From Azolla caroliniana (lineage: Eukaryota; Plantae; Polypodiophyta): a DNA stretch of 64,000 nt. Each line of letters starts with the position of its first letter. Position 1 is the stretch's first letter. A model generated the notes under the pieces. It did no database searches. It was not told the DNA's origin and saw nothing but the letters and a program-made list of their open reading frames with translations. A program made the translations under genes and the position numbers. The stretch is from positions 1 through 64,000 of the forward strand of contig JBHGNT010000110.1 in the NCBI GenBank assembly GCA_043228905.1, given 5' to 3'. Shown one piece after another: positions 46,842 through 59,833 of the stretch.

Positions 46842-48882
46842 GATGGAGGCTCAACAAGCTAACAATATGATGGCGATGTTCGAACGGATGCTTCAAGAAC
46901 AACGCACGATGTCGGAGATTTCGGCATCAGTAGAGCGGCTCGTGCAACGCAACGGGCAATTTAATGGTAAGGATGTGTCGTGATATTTGCAGGACTACAA
47001 GGCGGAGATGCTCCGGTGCCGGGCTCCGGAAGGACTGCAAGTGACATCCTTTAACCGGGTGGCGACCGACGGGCTTCAAGGGAGTATCCACGGGTTGCAA
47101 CAACAAAATCCGACGTGGGAAGCATTCGAAGAGGCGTTAAAGACCACGTTTGCCATCGAGGACTCCTCCAAGGCAACGCGGAGGGGATTCGAGGATTGGG
47201 TGGAAACGTCAGGTAAGGGGCTGAAGGTCCTCGAAGTGTTTTCGACATTCGAAAGTCGGTTCGGGAGGTTGTCCGCGAGAGATCAAACTATTCTTGCACC
47301 GGACAAAGTCATCATGTTTTTGCGAGCTGTGGACGTCCGGGACCGGAAAGATCTCGGAGTGCTTCTTGAGGACACGACCACCGAAAGCGGCCTCACCGAA
47401 ACATGGGAAAGCGTGCGGGATATCGTCGCGCGGTACACGAAGAGGGGGCAATGGCTTGCCAACGAAGAAAAGAGGGTTTCGGAACCGATTCCGAAACCGA
47501 GAACGGGACTGGAAGACCATCAACCGAGGGCTCGGGAGATTACGGCCGAGAAGGGAGTCGACGCGTCTACGGTGGAGCAGCTGCTGAAGGAGATGGAGAA
47601 TCTAAAGATCGCGATGGTGAAGAAGTCGGATGACCGCCCCACAAGCTCCAAATATACGGATCGACGGTGCATATGGTGCGATAGCGCCGAACACGATCGG
47701 AGGGATTGCGACGACCATAAGGAGGCGCTACGACGGGATCTCATCTACTACGAGGGAAACCGGATTCATTCGATGGACTCTCGGAAGCCACTCCGACCGA
47801 ACTTCCGGAAAGGCGGCATGAAGAAGGTGCTCGAGGAGGAGTTAGCGGCAAGAAGCAACTATGCGACAACCGCGGGAATATGTGTCGGGGAGTCAACGGG
47901 AGCGAAGGCGTCTTTCTGGCCGGAGGTGCTAGGAAACACCGAGAAAACCGACTCCAACGATATCCGAAACACCGCGGAAGGCGTCCGGGAAGCTACGGGA
48001 TGGGAGTGCCCTGTCGACAAGAATAGCATATACGCCCTGTGTCAATTACATGAGGTGTATGTGGACGAGAAACGACGGCGCACGGAGGATGCGGCCGGAC
48101 CATCGAAGATACTGGAAAGCTGGAACTCCGGAGGTAAGGGAAAAGAAAAGGCGACTCCGGCATTCAAGCTCGCCTCGGACATAGAACAACAAACCGACTT
48201 GAAAAGAGTGTTCGAGGAAAGAATCTTGGATAGCCGGGTAGATTTTTCGCTGCGGGAACTACTCGGAATAGCGAAGAAGGAGTTTCACGATCTTCTCGTG
48301 GATCTCGTGAAAAGGAAGAGACAAAGTACGGAGGAAAATGCTCCAAGGGTGAATGCAAATACCGTTTCAATGAACGACACCGAAGTGGAAGGCGAAATTC
48401 CGAACTCCCACTATACAAGGCCACACTGGGCACGTGCGACTACGGAGACTCCGGTCCGAATCGGCAACATCAAAGAACCCGTGCTAGCATTGATTGATCA
48501 CGGATCGGAGATCAACTTGATGTCCAAGGAGTTCTACCGAAAGGGGAAGTGGCCTATAAACACCAACCATGGATGGAAGATTCGGGCAGCCACGAAAACG
48601 ACAGAAGACCTATTTGCGGCTTGTCCGGATGTGACGGTAAAGATCGGGGATGTCGAAATTGACCAAAATTTCTTTGTGCAGGATGAGGTTTCACATTCTG
48701 TCATCCTCGGCCAACCCTTTATCACGGCTTCACGGATGGAGACGAAGGTGCTCGATAGTGGTGCGGCTTTTGCGCGAATTCGGAGCCAAAACGGAGGGAA
48801 ATCCGTCCAATTCCTAACGGTGCCGGCAAATCACGAAAGGAACAAGAGGGAACTCTTGTCCCAAGTGAGAATGGATTTTTAA
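46842..48882 (+). CDS. gag-protease ORF with one premature TGA at 46981
   Basis: CCHC knuckle CIWCDSAEHDRRDC and protease ALIDHGSEINLM. The TGA is probably a CGA>TGA change. Confidence 0.85.
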
Positions 48883-51800
48883 AGCGGACTGTTGCGGAGT
48901 GGGGAAGTGATAGTCCGAGAAGCCCTGATACCCCACACAGGAAGAAAACTCTCGGAGCAAAACAAGTACGAATCGGCCCGGATGGGGCATCTACGTACAC
49001 GGCCGTAACTGGAGGAATGAAGAAACAATACCGACAAGTGGAGGATAAGTTACGGTCGGCATCAATAATAAAAGAAGACGAAGAAATCGTGGGAGTGATC
49101 GAGGAAGTGTTCTATGGGAATACACTACAACGGCTTGAAGAGCTTGCGGAAGATAAAAGCCAAGGGAACCGGGTAGTCCCGGTGGAATCGGTCGAGATGT
49201 ACGAGATCGTTGCGAAAATGGGGCCGGATGCGCTCCGCAAAGAAGAAGCAATGGTAAGTACGAAATACAAGACCGTGGAGAAGAAGGTGAAACCGGCCGC
49301 GGGACCACTACCCGCCGATAGCGAACAAAAGAGGAAAGAAGTCTCGGGAGATCCGACACTTCGGAAGACCGTGGATATCGGACATGCCTTCACAGATGAG
49401 ACCCGGAAAAAACTTCGGATCGGTGGAGGTGGGTTCCTCTTACAAGAAGAAGAAAAACGGTTTCGAGAGATATTGGAGCAACACGGCAAAGCATTCGCGT
49501 TCACATCGAGGGAGATCGGATGCATTGATCCAAAGATAGTGGAGCCGATGGTGATTTTCACGATTGATCATGTACCGTGGAACCTGAAGCCGATTCCGGT
49601 GCCACGGGCACATATTCCGAAAGTCATCGACTTGCTCAAGGAGAAGGTGGCGATGGGGATTCTAGAGCCATCAAGTGCTCCGTACTCAAATCGATGGTTT
49701 ACGGTTCCGAAGAAGAATGGGTCACTCCGATTCATCCAAGACTTGCAACCGGTGAACAAGGTCACGATCCGGAACTCGGGAGTCGGTCCGATAGTGGACG
49801 AATTCGCGGAAGCTTTTGCCGGACGTGCGATATACTCCATCGGGGACCTATACTCGGGGTATGACCAATTCCAACTAGCCGTGGAGAGCCGAGACATCAC
49901 TACCATGCGGACACCGATAGGACTAGTTCGAATGTGCACACTACCACAAGGAGCGACAAACTCGGTTGCACATATGATGAACGCGATGAACAAGGTGCTT
50001 CGAGATTGCATCCCGGAGATAACGATGCCGTTTCTAGATGACATTCCGATGAAAGGATGCGCGGTGGAAGAAAAAGATGAGACTATGGATGATCGGGGAT
50101 GCCGAAAGTTCGTGGTCGACCATATTCATGATTGCGAGAAAGTGTTGCGAAAGCTAGAAGATGTGCACCTAACACTTTCCGGGGAGAAATCGGCATTCGG
50201 GCAAGAAGAAATATTGGTGGTCGGACATCTATGTGGACCCTACGGCCGAAAACCGTCACCAACAAAGATCGATGCGATTCAAGCTATGAAGGAAGTATGT
50301 GAGTCAACATCGGAAGTCCGAAGGTTTCTGGGTGCGTGTGCATTCTATCACATATGGATTCCGCACTATGCACATATAGCGGACCCGCTCTATCACTTGT
50401 TGCGGAAAGGTAAGAAATTCGAGTGGAAACCGGAACACACTAAAGCCATGAGGAAGCTCAAGAAGACACTATGGAGGGCGGAATCACTTAAGAAGCCAAG
50501 CTACGAGCGGCCAATCATAGTAACGGTTGATACAAGTCCAACCGGTATCGGGTGGGTCATCAATCAAGCCGACTCGGATGGTTCGCGGTATCCGATCCGA
50601 TTTGGAGCAAAGGTCCTCAACGAAAGGCAACGCGGATATGCACAAGTCAAAAGAGAATTGTGGGGAGTCGTGTCGGCGATAAAATCGGATCGGGATTATT
50701 TGATCGGAGCTGAAGTGGTGATCGAGACGGATTGTCTTCCGATACTCGGGATGATGCGGTGTTGTACGATACCGGATGTGGCTATGCTAAGGTGGATTGC
50801 ATATGTCAAGTCACTTAATCCGGAGGTTCGACACATCTCGGGGAAGGACAACGCGGTAGCGGACATGTTATCGAGGGCGCGGTTTGAAGACGACATAACC
50901 GAATCAGATAATGAAGAAGTTTCCGAAGACTACTTCACGTCAGAACACATATACCGAGTGAACGTGATCCGAGAATTCCGGGAAGAAGAATACGAGGGGG
51001 AAACCTTGATGATCGGGAAGATGCTACAAGAGGTCGAGGATTCAACCAATGATAAAGAAAGGAGAGCCGAGATCCGAAGGAAGAAGAGGCAAGTCCAAAA
51101 GTTCTTCTTGGAAAACGGTTTAATATGGAGGACGCCGAAAAGACCGGATGGGATACCACTTCGAGTAGTCGGGACGAAAGAGCAACGAAACCGGATAATG
51201 TCCGAGTTCCACGAATCCGATTGGGCTGGACATCGAGGAACATGGGCAACTTTTGTGAAAATCAAGCAAAGATATTGGTGGAAGAACATGTATAAAGATG
51301 TCGCGGAGTTCACAGAAAGCTGCGAGAAATGTCAAGTCTACTCCGGGGTCCGACACCGAGATGAGCTGCATCCGACATTCTCACCGACAATCAACTTCAA
51401 GTGGATGGTCGACATTGTAGCTATGCCGACCGGGATTGGACAAAAGAAATACTTGGTGTTAGCTCGAGAAGATCTCACAAACCAAGTTGAAGGTCGAGCG
51501 CTTCGGAGGAAAACGTGTGCCGCGGTGTGCCAATTTCTTTTGGAAGAAGTGTTTTGTAGGTACGGCTGCGTAGGACAAGTGATTGCGGACTGGGGAGAAC
51601 TCGAATCGGACAAAGCTAGGGGATTCTTCACCAAACATGGAGTTCGGTTAACGTTGACAACGGCCTACAATCCGGAGGCCAACGGGAAGATCGAACGAGG
51701 ACATAGTCCGATCGTGAAAGCACTTGCGAAGGCATGCGACGGAAGGGTGAAGGATTGGCCACAAATGCTTCCGTATGCACTATGGGCGGATCGGACGACC

Positions 51801-52484
51801 CATAGCTCCGTGACCGGTTACATGCCGGCAGAACTCATGACCGGACAAGCACCGGTAATGCCAACGGAAACCGCAATCGCGACATGGACAATACTACCGT
51901 GGAAGGAAGAGATGAGCCGGGAAGAACTACTAGCAGTCCGGATACGACAACTGGAGGGAAGACCGAAAGATGTAGCGGAAGCGTCACGCCGACAACAAGA
52001 AGCACGATTCCGGAACAAAAGCCGGTTCGACACAAAGCACCGACTACGACCGAGGAGGATTGAAGAAGGAGATTGGGTGATCGTCTATGATAGTAGCTTG
52101 GACCATCAACATACAACGATGCGGAAATTCGCGAAAAGGTGGTTCGGGCCGTACGAGGTTCGGAAGGTCTTCGACAACGGGACGTACCGACTGTCCGAGT
52201 TGGATGGAACAATACTACGAGTGCCTATAGCCGGGAAGCGGGTGAAGATTTTCAAGAAGCGGACCGACGACAAACCTTATGTGATCCAAGTCGAGGCCGA
52301 CAACGAGGAGCAATCGGACGAAGACCACAATGATGCGGGAAGCGAAGAAAGTGGATTACAACTCATAGTCGACATAAGGGGAGAATCGGAGGAAGCTTCG
52401 GATGAAGACGGATACAAAGAATCAAGAACTTCGGCACATACCGGAGGATGTGCGGGTTTGGAGGGGGCGAGTGTCGTAGTGTAA
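48873..52484 (+). CDS. pol (RT, RNase H, integrase) in the -1 frame relative to gag
   Basis: The frame is open from GGATTTT at 48873 into ORF 49017-52484. Motifs LPQGATNS, PFLDD, GHRG...CEKC, VDIV and NPEANGKIER. Confidence 0.9.
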   Translation, partial: GFLKRTVAEWGSDSPRSPDTPHRKKTLGAKQVRIGPDGASTYTAVTGGMKKQYRQVEDKLRSASIIKEDEEIVGVIEEVFYGNTLQRLEELAEDKSQGNRVVPVESVEMYEIVAKMGPDALRKEEAMVSTKYKTVEKKVKPAAGPLPADSEQKRKEVSGDPTLRKTVDIGHAFTDETRKKLRIGGGGFLLQEEEKRFREILEQHGKAFAFTSREIGCIDPKIVEPMVIFTIDHVPWNLKPIPVPRAHIPKVIDLLKEKVAMGILEPSSAPYSNRWFTVPKKNGSLRFIQDLQPVNKVTIRNSGVGPIVDEFAEAFAGRAIYSIGDLYSGYDQFQLAVESRDITTMRTPIGLVRMCTLPQGATNSVAHMMNAMNKVLRDCIPEITMPFLDDIPMKGCAVEEKDETMDDRGCRKFVVDHIHDCEKVLRKLEDVHLTLSGEKSAFGQEEILVVGHLCGPYGRKPSPTKIDAIQAMKEVCESTSEVRRFLGACAFYHIWIPHYAHIADPLYHLLRKGKKFEWKPEHTKAMRKLKKTLWRAESLKKPSYERPIIVTVDTSPTGIGWVINQADSDGSRYPIRFGAKVLNERQRGYAQVKRELWGVVSAIKSDRDYLIGAEVVIETDCLPILGMMRCCTIPDVAMLRWIAYVKSLNPEVRHISGKDNAVADMLSRARFEDDITESDNEEVSEDYFTSEHIYRVNVIREFREEEYEGETLMIGKMLQEVEDSTNDKERRAEIRRKKRQVQKFFLENGLIWRTPKRPDGIPLRVVGTKEQRNRIMSEFHESDWAGHRGTWATFVKIKQRYWWKNMYKDVAEFTESCEKCQVYSGVRHRDELHPTFSPTINFKWMVDIVAMPTGIGQKKYLVLAREDLTNQVEGRALRRKTCAAVCQFLLEEVFCRYGCVGQVIADWGELESDKARGFFTKHGVRLTLTTAYNPEANGKIERGHSPIVKALAKACDGRVKDWPQMLPYALWADRTTHSSVTGYMPAELMTGQAPVMPTETAIATWTILPWKEEMSREELLAVRIRQLEGRPKDVAEASRRQQEARFRNKSRFDTKHRLRPRRIEEGDWVIVYDSSLDHQHTTMRKFAKRWFGPYEVRKVFDNGTYRLSELDGTILRVPIAGKRVKIFKKRTDDKPYVIQVEADNEEQSDEDHNDAGSEESGLQLIVDIRGESEEASDEDGYKESRTSAHTGGCAGLEGASVVV

Positions 52485-54964
52485 GTTGCACACTATGTGG
52501 AAATTATATTTTTGTCCCTCCGGATAGAGAATGGAGTGCTCGGTGAGAACCGGAAGAAAACGGCATACCGACAAGGAGGAAAACGGCATACCGGCAAGGA
52601 GGAAAAACGGCATACCGGCAAGGAGGAAAACGGCATACCGGCAAGGAAGAAAACGGCATACCGGCAAAGAAGAGACATAAATGTAAAAAAAAAGGGGGAA
52701 ATACTCACTACTGCGCAGGGCGTGATTCAAACTCTGCACCTCCACGTTGACAAACCCCAACCTTACCATTACATTAAATTATCTTAAGTGTTTTAAATAT
52801 ATATTTAATAGGTATAAGACCTTTATTTATGCATACCTTTATTAAAAGGTAAATCGTGTATTTTTTAATATATGAAAAAAAAGAAAAGAAAAGAAAAACA
52901 CGAGACACTAAAAAATAACTCATGCACATCTAGCGTGCATGAGCCCTATACTTAGGAAATAAAAAAAAAGCATCACATACACATTTAGTGGACATGAACA
53001 CTTTTTGTAAAAAAAAAAAAAAAAAAGCATGAAGCCATGCTTAGCTCTTCCTCCCTTATATAAGGAGGAGAGAAATATGTATATGGTTGTTGATTATTTG
53101 GATTAAGTATTAATCAATACAAAAATTATTCGTGGGATTCACGATTTATACATCTACTTCTCTCTTAACACCCTAAGTACCAATTAATATAGTATACTCG
53201 TGTGATTCACGAGTTTCTTATCCTTCTCTTTGCTATTTACTCATAATTAATCTCTATCTCACGAACTTCTTTCTCCTAGTCCAAGACCTCTGTGGTTCCC
53301 ACCCGACTCACGCAACGATCCGGAGCCGAAAGGCACGACACCGTACTCTGGGCCACGCGTCTCCACCGTCTTCTCAGCCGCTCATTTGGACCGTGCTTTC
53401 GGCTGCACATCTCGACTATGCTCTTTGTCACGCGTCTTGGCCGTCGTTTGTCGGCCATCACTTGGCCGTACTCTCGGTCTGGCTGGTTATATGACCGCCT
53501 AGCCGGACCGGCTGTCCGGTTGGCTGTTGGCACCAACTGTCGCCGTCTATCTGTTGGCCGCCGGTCCTGGTCCATCCGTTGTACAACGGTCGTCCGTATC
53601 CGGTGTCATCTATGGTTGCTAGACACCGGTTGTCTGGCTGTCTGTCGGCCTTTTTAATTCGCCGGTCGTCTCTCAGTCGTTACTCGGTTGTTGGCCATCC
53701 CTGAACCCTGGCATGTTGTCAGAACTCACAATGAGTGCATACGTTTCTCTATTGATAGAATAACAGGTGCTTCATCATGTCCAGTGATAGGAGATACGCC
53801 GCACACCCTATGCAATAGATGTTGAAGGACTTGTAGTTTGATCCCATTTTGTACTTGTTGATTACCACAGCTGAGAGTGACAGAGGCAATAGTTGATTGC
53901 CCACAATAGCACAAGGATGAAGGCCACCATGTCCACACCTAGATACTGCCCTCGTTTTTGTAAAAGGCATAGGTCAGAATAGGAAAGAGTTCATCTTTTC
54001 TGCTTTAGTGCTGAAGACGAGGCCATTGACATTGATTACAGCACAAGAATAGGGGAAAAGAAGGAGTGGGATATACCATGGGTCTGAAAGATTGAGTCTG
54101 TCTCCTTCTGCGATGACCAAAATACAACTTGTGGTAGCACGTGTTGCAGCAAGGTAAAATGATCTTGCATGTTGATCTTCAAATCGAGAAGAGAACCAGT
54201 AAGGGGGTGTAGGTAGTTGGATGAGATGATGATCCGAGATGATGACAATTAGAATCACAATAGTAGCTTGCTTATGTCGTAGTTAATGACGAAGCAAAAT
54301 CAGAAATCATTTTTGAAGAGGAATTAACACACATTTGCGGGACAAAAACCTTGTGCTACTTGATCACACTGAACAACCAAGAGCAAGCAAGAAGTTTAGG
54401 GTTATAGGAAAGAGAAATAGATAGACTTCCTCTAAGGGGTATTGTGGAGATCTCCATCAAAGTTTGGTTGTCACACAAAGAGTCCACGTACAAACCACAC
54501 TCTCCAACACAGATACAGATAGACATGTAGAGAGGGAGAGAACGAGGGATTAGTTAGGGATTAGTGATGGAGCTAGAGATTGAGGGAGAGTGAAACTTTT
54601 TCTCAAGGGAGGGTTGTCCCACCCGGTGTGCCAAAAGTGTTGTCGGGGTGGAGGGTGAAGCCTAGAATGGCTTCACCCCCCTCCCAAGGGGGTTACAATA
54701 GAGAGAGAGGAGAGAGTGAAAATAAGAATGACACCAAAATAAGAGGAAAAAAGTGTATATCTCATTACATGCTCATAAGGGGTTTATATAATACATCCAA
54801 TATAACGGTTACATAACCGTTATAAATAAGACCATTACATTCTTGTACACATGCACGTAATTGTGCATGTGTCCATACACATACTTACACACTCATTTAC
54901 TTTACATATACACATCAACCACATCATTACACCTACCCTTATGCTTCCTCGTATATTCTTACGG

Positions 54965-55376
54965 TGTCGTGAAGAAAACCGGCCATAGGCGGAATCAGAG
55001 AAAAAGGCGCATCAACCGGCTCTTACATGGGTGGACGCGTGAATTGATATTTTGTACATGATTCATAATTGGGTCGGTTGATGTAAATACTAGGTAGTAT
55101 ACAATTATTAGGGGATTGTGCGTATCTCTATCGAAAAGGGACAGGGAATAAAGCGGTTTTGACTAGGGAGAAAGGGGCACCCCCTTTTTGCGAACTATTT
55201 AAGGAGGGAGAGAAGGAAGAAAAGGGACCGCGTGTTAGGGAGGACGAAGTGTTGCAGGACCGGGTGCCAAGCTCTCTCTCCTCCTCCCATCGTCATTCTC
55301 TGTGGGTGTTGGGAGTTCGACGCCTCTGCTTCGTGGCTAGCCCGTGCGCTGCCAGCAGAGGCTCTCCCTTCTACGT
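54965..55376 (+). repeat. 5' part of another gypsy-family LTR, interrupted at 55377
   Basis: Begins TGTCGTGAAGAAAACCGGCC like 15058 and shares internal blocks (GAGGACGAAGTG, GCCCGTGCGC). Confidence 0.7.
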
Positions 55377-58300
55377 TGTCGAGGTATTCCTCGCGGATGC
55401 GTGGAATGAGGCGGGACCTCGGGGGTCTTGTACCGAAGAGCAAGAGAGAAAGGAGAAGGGAGGGGACCCACTACGTGCGAGCGTAGATTCACAGGGACAC
55501 GGCCCTTCGACACAAAGACGTGAGTGGGACACCGACACATAGAGACACGAATGTATGTAAATATATATATTAACAAACCAAACAACAAGAAGCACGAAGT
55601 CGGTTACAACCGAACAGGCCGGCGAACAGATGTCAATGCCTGTTTGTAAACGCACAGAAAGAAAGGAGTAGGTTGGAGGTGCTGCCGGAAGCACTCGGGC
55701 ATTCCTCAGAGCAGCGCGAGCCTCCCGAAACCTGCACAGAAAGAAGCCACGGAGCTTGGGGGAGAGAGAGAGAGAAGCCTTTCACCCCCCCCCAAATCGA
55801 CAGCACTTCGTCCTCCTCTCCGCGCGATCCCCTCCCCCCCTCCTCGTCTCCCTCCTCTTATAGGCAAGGAAGGAGCCGTTTCCCATTAACTTCCCACCTA
55901 CCGAATCTACCTACCTAGGATCTTCTATGTACGTAATTCTCTCTTATGTACAATATAAGGCGTATGTGCATGAAGAGCCGGTTCCTACGCTCCGGTGTAC
56001 CGATTCCGCTTGTGGGCGGTTTTCTTCACGACATCCGCCCCCACCTAACCGCGCATCCTCCGGCATGCGCCAAATTGAGTCAGGACGGAGAAAACTGGTC
56101 CAGCCTTCATCCCTCGCCCGTCGGTTCTTCCTCGGTTTCGGATCGTTCGTCGTTGCGGTCCAGGTTAACCGGATCCGGCTCGTCGTCGTGACGCTTTTTG
56201 AACGCTTTGATCCGCTTCCCAGCTACCGGTATCGCCATTCTCATGCCGTCGAGTTCCGCCAGATGGTACATCCCGTTGTCGTTGGCGCTTTGTACCACGT
56301 AAGGTCCGAACCACCTTCTCGCGAACTTTCGTGTCGCTCGGTGCTGGTTGTCGAGGCTGCTGTCGTAGACTAGCACCCAGTCGACTTCCTCGATCTTCTT
56401 CGGTCGGAGCCGGTGCGTTCGGTCGAACCGGGCTTTGTTCCTCGTCCTTGACACCCGAAGCTTTCCCGCGGCCTGCTCCACGTCCTCCGGTCTTCGCTCG
56501 AGCTGTCATATGCGCGCCGCCAACAGTTCCTCCCGGCTCATCTCGTCTCTCCAGTCCACGGTTCCCCACGAGGAGATCGTACGTTCCATCGGCATGATCG
56601 GCTTCTGCCCAAACATGAGCTCTGTCGGCATGAATCTGGTTACCGAACTGTGCATAGTTCGGTCTGCCCACAACACGTAAGGCAGCAGCCGCGGCCAGTT
56701 CCCGACTTGTCCCCCGCATGCCCGAACTAACGCCTTGACGATCGGTCCGTGTCCGCACTCCACCTTCCCATTCGCCTCCGGATTGTACGCAGTGGTAAGC
56801 GAGAGCTTGACTCCTAGCCGGTCGAACAGCTCTTCGGCCTCTTCGGCGTCCAACTCCCCGTGATCAGCCACGATCTTCCCGACGCACCCGTACCGGCATA
56901 TCACGTCCTCGATCAGGAACCGACATACGGCCGCGGTCGTTTTGTTCTGAAGGGCTTGGCCTTCCACCTGGTTCGTCAGATCTTCCCGAGCCAGGACCAG
57001 ATACTGCATCTGTCCTACTCCCATCGGCATCGTCACCAGATCTACCATCCATTTGAAGTGGATGGTCGGAGGGTACGTAGGGTGAAGCCCGTCCCGATGT
57101 CGGACTATGGAGTGCATCTGACAGCTCTCGCAAGTTGTCACAAACCGATGCACGTCCCGGTACAGTCCCGGCCACCAGTACTTCCCCTTTATCTTCTCGA
57201 ACGTGGCCCACGTTCCACGGTGTCCAGCCCAAGGGCTGTCGTGGTAGGCCGTCAGCAGCTCCTCCTGTTCTTCCTTCATCGTCACCACCCGGAGCGGGAC
57301 GCCGTTCCTCTTCTTCGGGTGCTTCCATAAGTATCCGTCCCGGAGAAAGAATCGGTATGCTTTCTTCCGGATCCGGTTGGCCTCGTCTCTCGTCCATGAC
57401 GCATCCGGCGTCATTGTCCTCAAGAAACCACCGATCTGCAGCCACTCGCCGTCGTACTTGCTCTCGTCGAAGCCGTTAAGTGCCGGAGCGCTCGTCCCAT
57501 CGGTCGTCACGTACGCTGCTCCGAAGAAGTCCACGCCGACTTCTTCGTCCTCCGAAACCATGCCACCCTCGTCATCAAACCTCGCCCTCGAAAGCATGTC
57601 GGCCATGGCGTTGTCTTTTCCGGAAATGTGTCGTATTTCCGGGTCTAGGGACTTGATGTACGCTATCCACCTGAGCATTGCCAGGTCCGGTGTCGCGCAT
57701 CCGGAAACCATGCCGAGAATTGGCAGGCAATCTGTCTCAATAATCACTTCTGTCCCGATCAGGTAGTCTTTGTCGGCCTTTACTGCCGAAATGATACCCC
57801 AGAGTTTGCGTTTAACCTGGGCGTACCCTCGCTGTCGCTCACTGAGGACCTTTGCGCCGAATCGGATCGGGAACCGAATGCCGTCCTCGTTTTCTTGGTT
57901 GAAGACCCATCCGATCCCGGTCGGACTCGTATCCACCGTTATGTATACCGGGGTACCCTTATCGTAGACAGCCCTCCGGAGCGCCAGTGCTGCCGCAAGA
58001 GCTTCCTTCAGCTTCCGTACCGACTCCGTGTGCTCGTCCCGCCACTCGAATTTTCGCCCCTTCTTCAGCAACCCGTATAGCGGTTCCACAACGTGGGCGT
58101 AATGCGGGATCCATATGTGGTAGAATGCGCATGCCCCCAGGAACCTCCGAACTTCCGTAACCGAGCTACAGTCGGTTTTCATCGCGGAGATGGCTTCTAC
58201 CTTTGCCGGAGACGGCTTCCGGCCATATGGTCCACATATGTGTCCGACCACCAGGATTTCTGATTGCCCGAAGGCCGATTTCTCCCCGGAGAAGGTGAGC

Positions 58301-58962
58301 CTCGCATCCTCTAGCCTTTGTAGCACCTTCTCGCAGTCGTCGATGTGTGTTGCCACGAATCGCCGGCACCCGTCCGGCCCGAGTGTCGCGTCCTTCTCTT
58401 CCACCGGGCACCCCTTGATCGGGATGTCGTCTAGAAATGGCATGGTGATGTCCGGGATGCAATCCCTCAGTACCTTGTTCATTGCATTCACCATGTGGGC
58501 CACCGAGTTGGTCCCTCCTTGTGGCAGGGTACACATTCGCACTAGGCCGAGGGGAGTTCGCATCGTCGTAATATCTCTGCTCTCCACGGCTAGCTGGAAC
58601 TGGTCGTACCCCGAGTACAGATCACCGACCGAGTAAATCGACCTTCCGGCTAAGGCCTCCGCGATCTCGTCTATGGTCGGTCCGATTCCTGCGTTCCGAA
58701 TGGTCGCTCTGTTGACTGGCTGCAGGTCTTGAATGAAGCGCAATGCTCCGTTTTTCTTCGGTACGGTAAACCATCGGTTCGAGTATGGGGCACTTGACGG
58801 TTCGAGAATGCCCATATCGACTTTCTGCCTCAATAGCTCCATCAACTTCGGGATGTGAGCTCTCGGTACTGGAATCAGCTTGAGATTCCATGGTACATGC
58901 GGTACCGTGAATATCACCATCGGCTCCACGATCGTCGGGTCTACGCACCCGATCTCTTCCGG
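55377..58962 (-). mobile_element. 3' part of a gypsy element (3' LTR 55377-56033; pol 56107-58962), interrupted by a sister element
   Basis: PPT adjacent to 56034. ORFs 56506-58980 and 56107-56481 give RT-RNase H-integrase with one stop. Confidence 0.88.
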
Positions 58963-59833
58963 TGTCGAGATATTACGCAAGTGCGTGTGGAATAGAGGCG
59001 GGACCGCGGGGGTCTCGAACCAAAGAGCAAGCGAGGGAGGAGAAAGAGAGAGAACCGGCTACGCAGGACCGGGGATACACAGGGACACGGCCCTTCAGCA
59101 CGGAGAACGCGAACAGACACCGACACAGACGGATGCGAATGACTAAATATGTGTATTAACAAAATGGCTAACACGACTACAACCCCCGATGGGGCACAGG
59201 TTGGTTGCAACCGAACAGGCCGGCGAACAGATGCCGATGCCTGTTCGCTTCGACGCACAAATGGGGAAATGGGGGGGGGGTAGCAGGTCGGAGGTGCTGC
59301 CGGAAGCACTCGGGCGTTCCTCGAAACAGCGCGAGCCTCCCCGGAACCCTGCACAGAAAGCTTTGGAGCTCAAGAAGGAAGGAAACAGAGAGAGCGAAGC
59401 GTCCAGAAACGGTCCGACAGCACTTCGTCCTCTCCGCGCCAGATCCCTGCAACAGCTCTTTCCCGCTCCTTATATAGGCCGACGAACAGGCCGTCGTGTC
59501 AGCTTTATTCCCTGTCCCTTTTGGACAGGGATCCGCTCCGTTTTTCACGGATCCGCGTAGTTACGCCGCCGACTCGTACAGTTCGCGCGCGCGACCGAAA
59601 AGACTGTTCGCGCGGTCTTTGTCTCCACTTGAGTTAGGGCCCGTTCCTGCCGATTATCCTCTCAATTCGTTTCTATGTACAACTCGGAGCGTGCGCGCGT
59701 GAAGAACCGGTTCCCACGCCTTGGTGCGCCGATTCCGCCTATAGACGGTTTTCTTCACGACATCCGCCCCCACCTAACCGCGCATCCTCCGGTATGCGCC
59801 AAGAGAGTTGGGACGGAGAAAACCGGCCCGTCT

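Larger units (their letters stand above)
45961..53340 (+). mobile_element. Near-intact Ty3/gypsy retrotransposon (tRNA-Trp primed)
   Basis: LTRs 45961-46804 and 52472-53340 are near-identical (one extra ~24-bp repeat unit in the 3' LTR). 4-bp TSD CCGT. PBS TGGTGAACCCGACGTGA at 46809-46825 is complementary to the plant tRNA-Trp 3' end. PPT 52460-52471. Confidence 0.96.
41929..54964 (-). mobile_element. Non-coding (non-autonomous) LTR element hosting two nested retrotransposons
   Basis: Direct repeats 41929-~42262 and 54638-54964 (the second cut by an insertion at 54965). On -, TGGCACACCGGGTGGGAC lies 4 nt from the LTR end at ~54616-54633 and resembles a tRNA-Arg PBS. No pol recognised in its own internal sequence. 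Confidence 0.65.

Noticed and set aside
46981-46983. Programmed stop-codon readthrough in gag
   Set aside because: More simply a CGA>TGA deamination like others in the window; no stop at the equivalent position of the gag at 15891.
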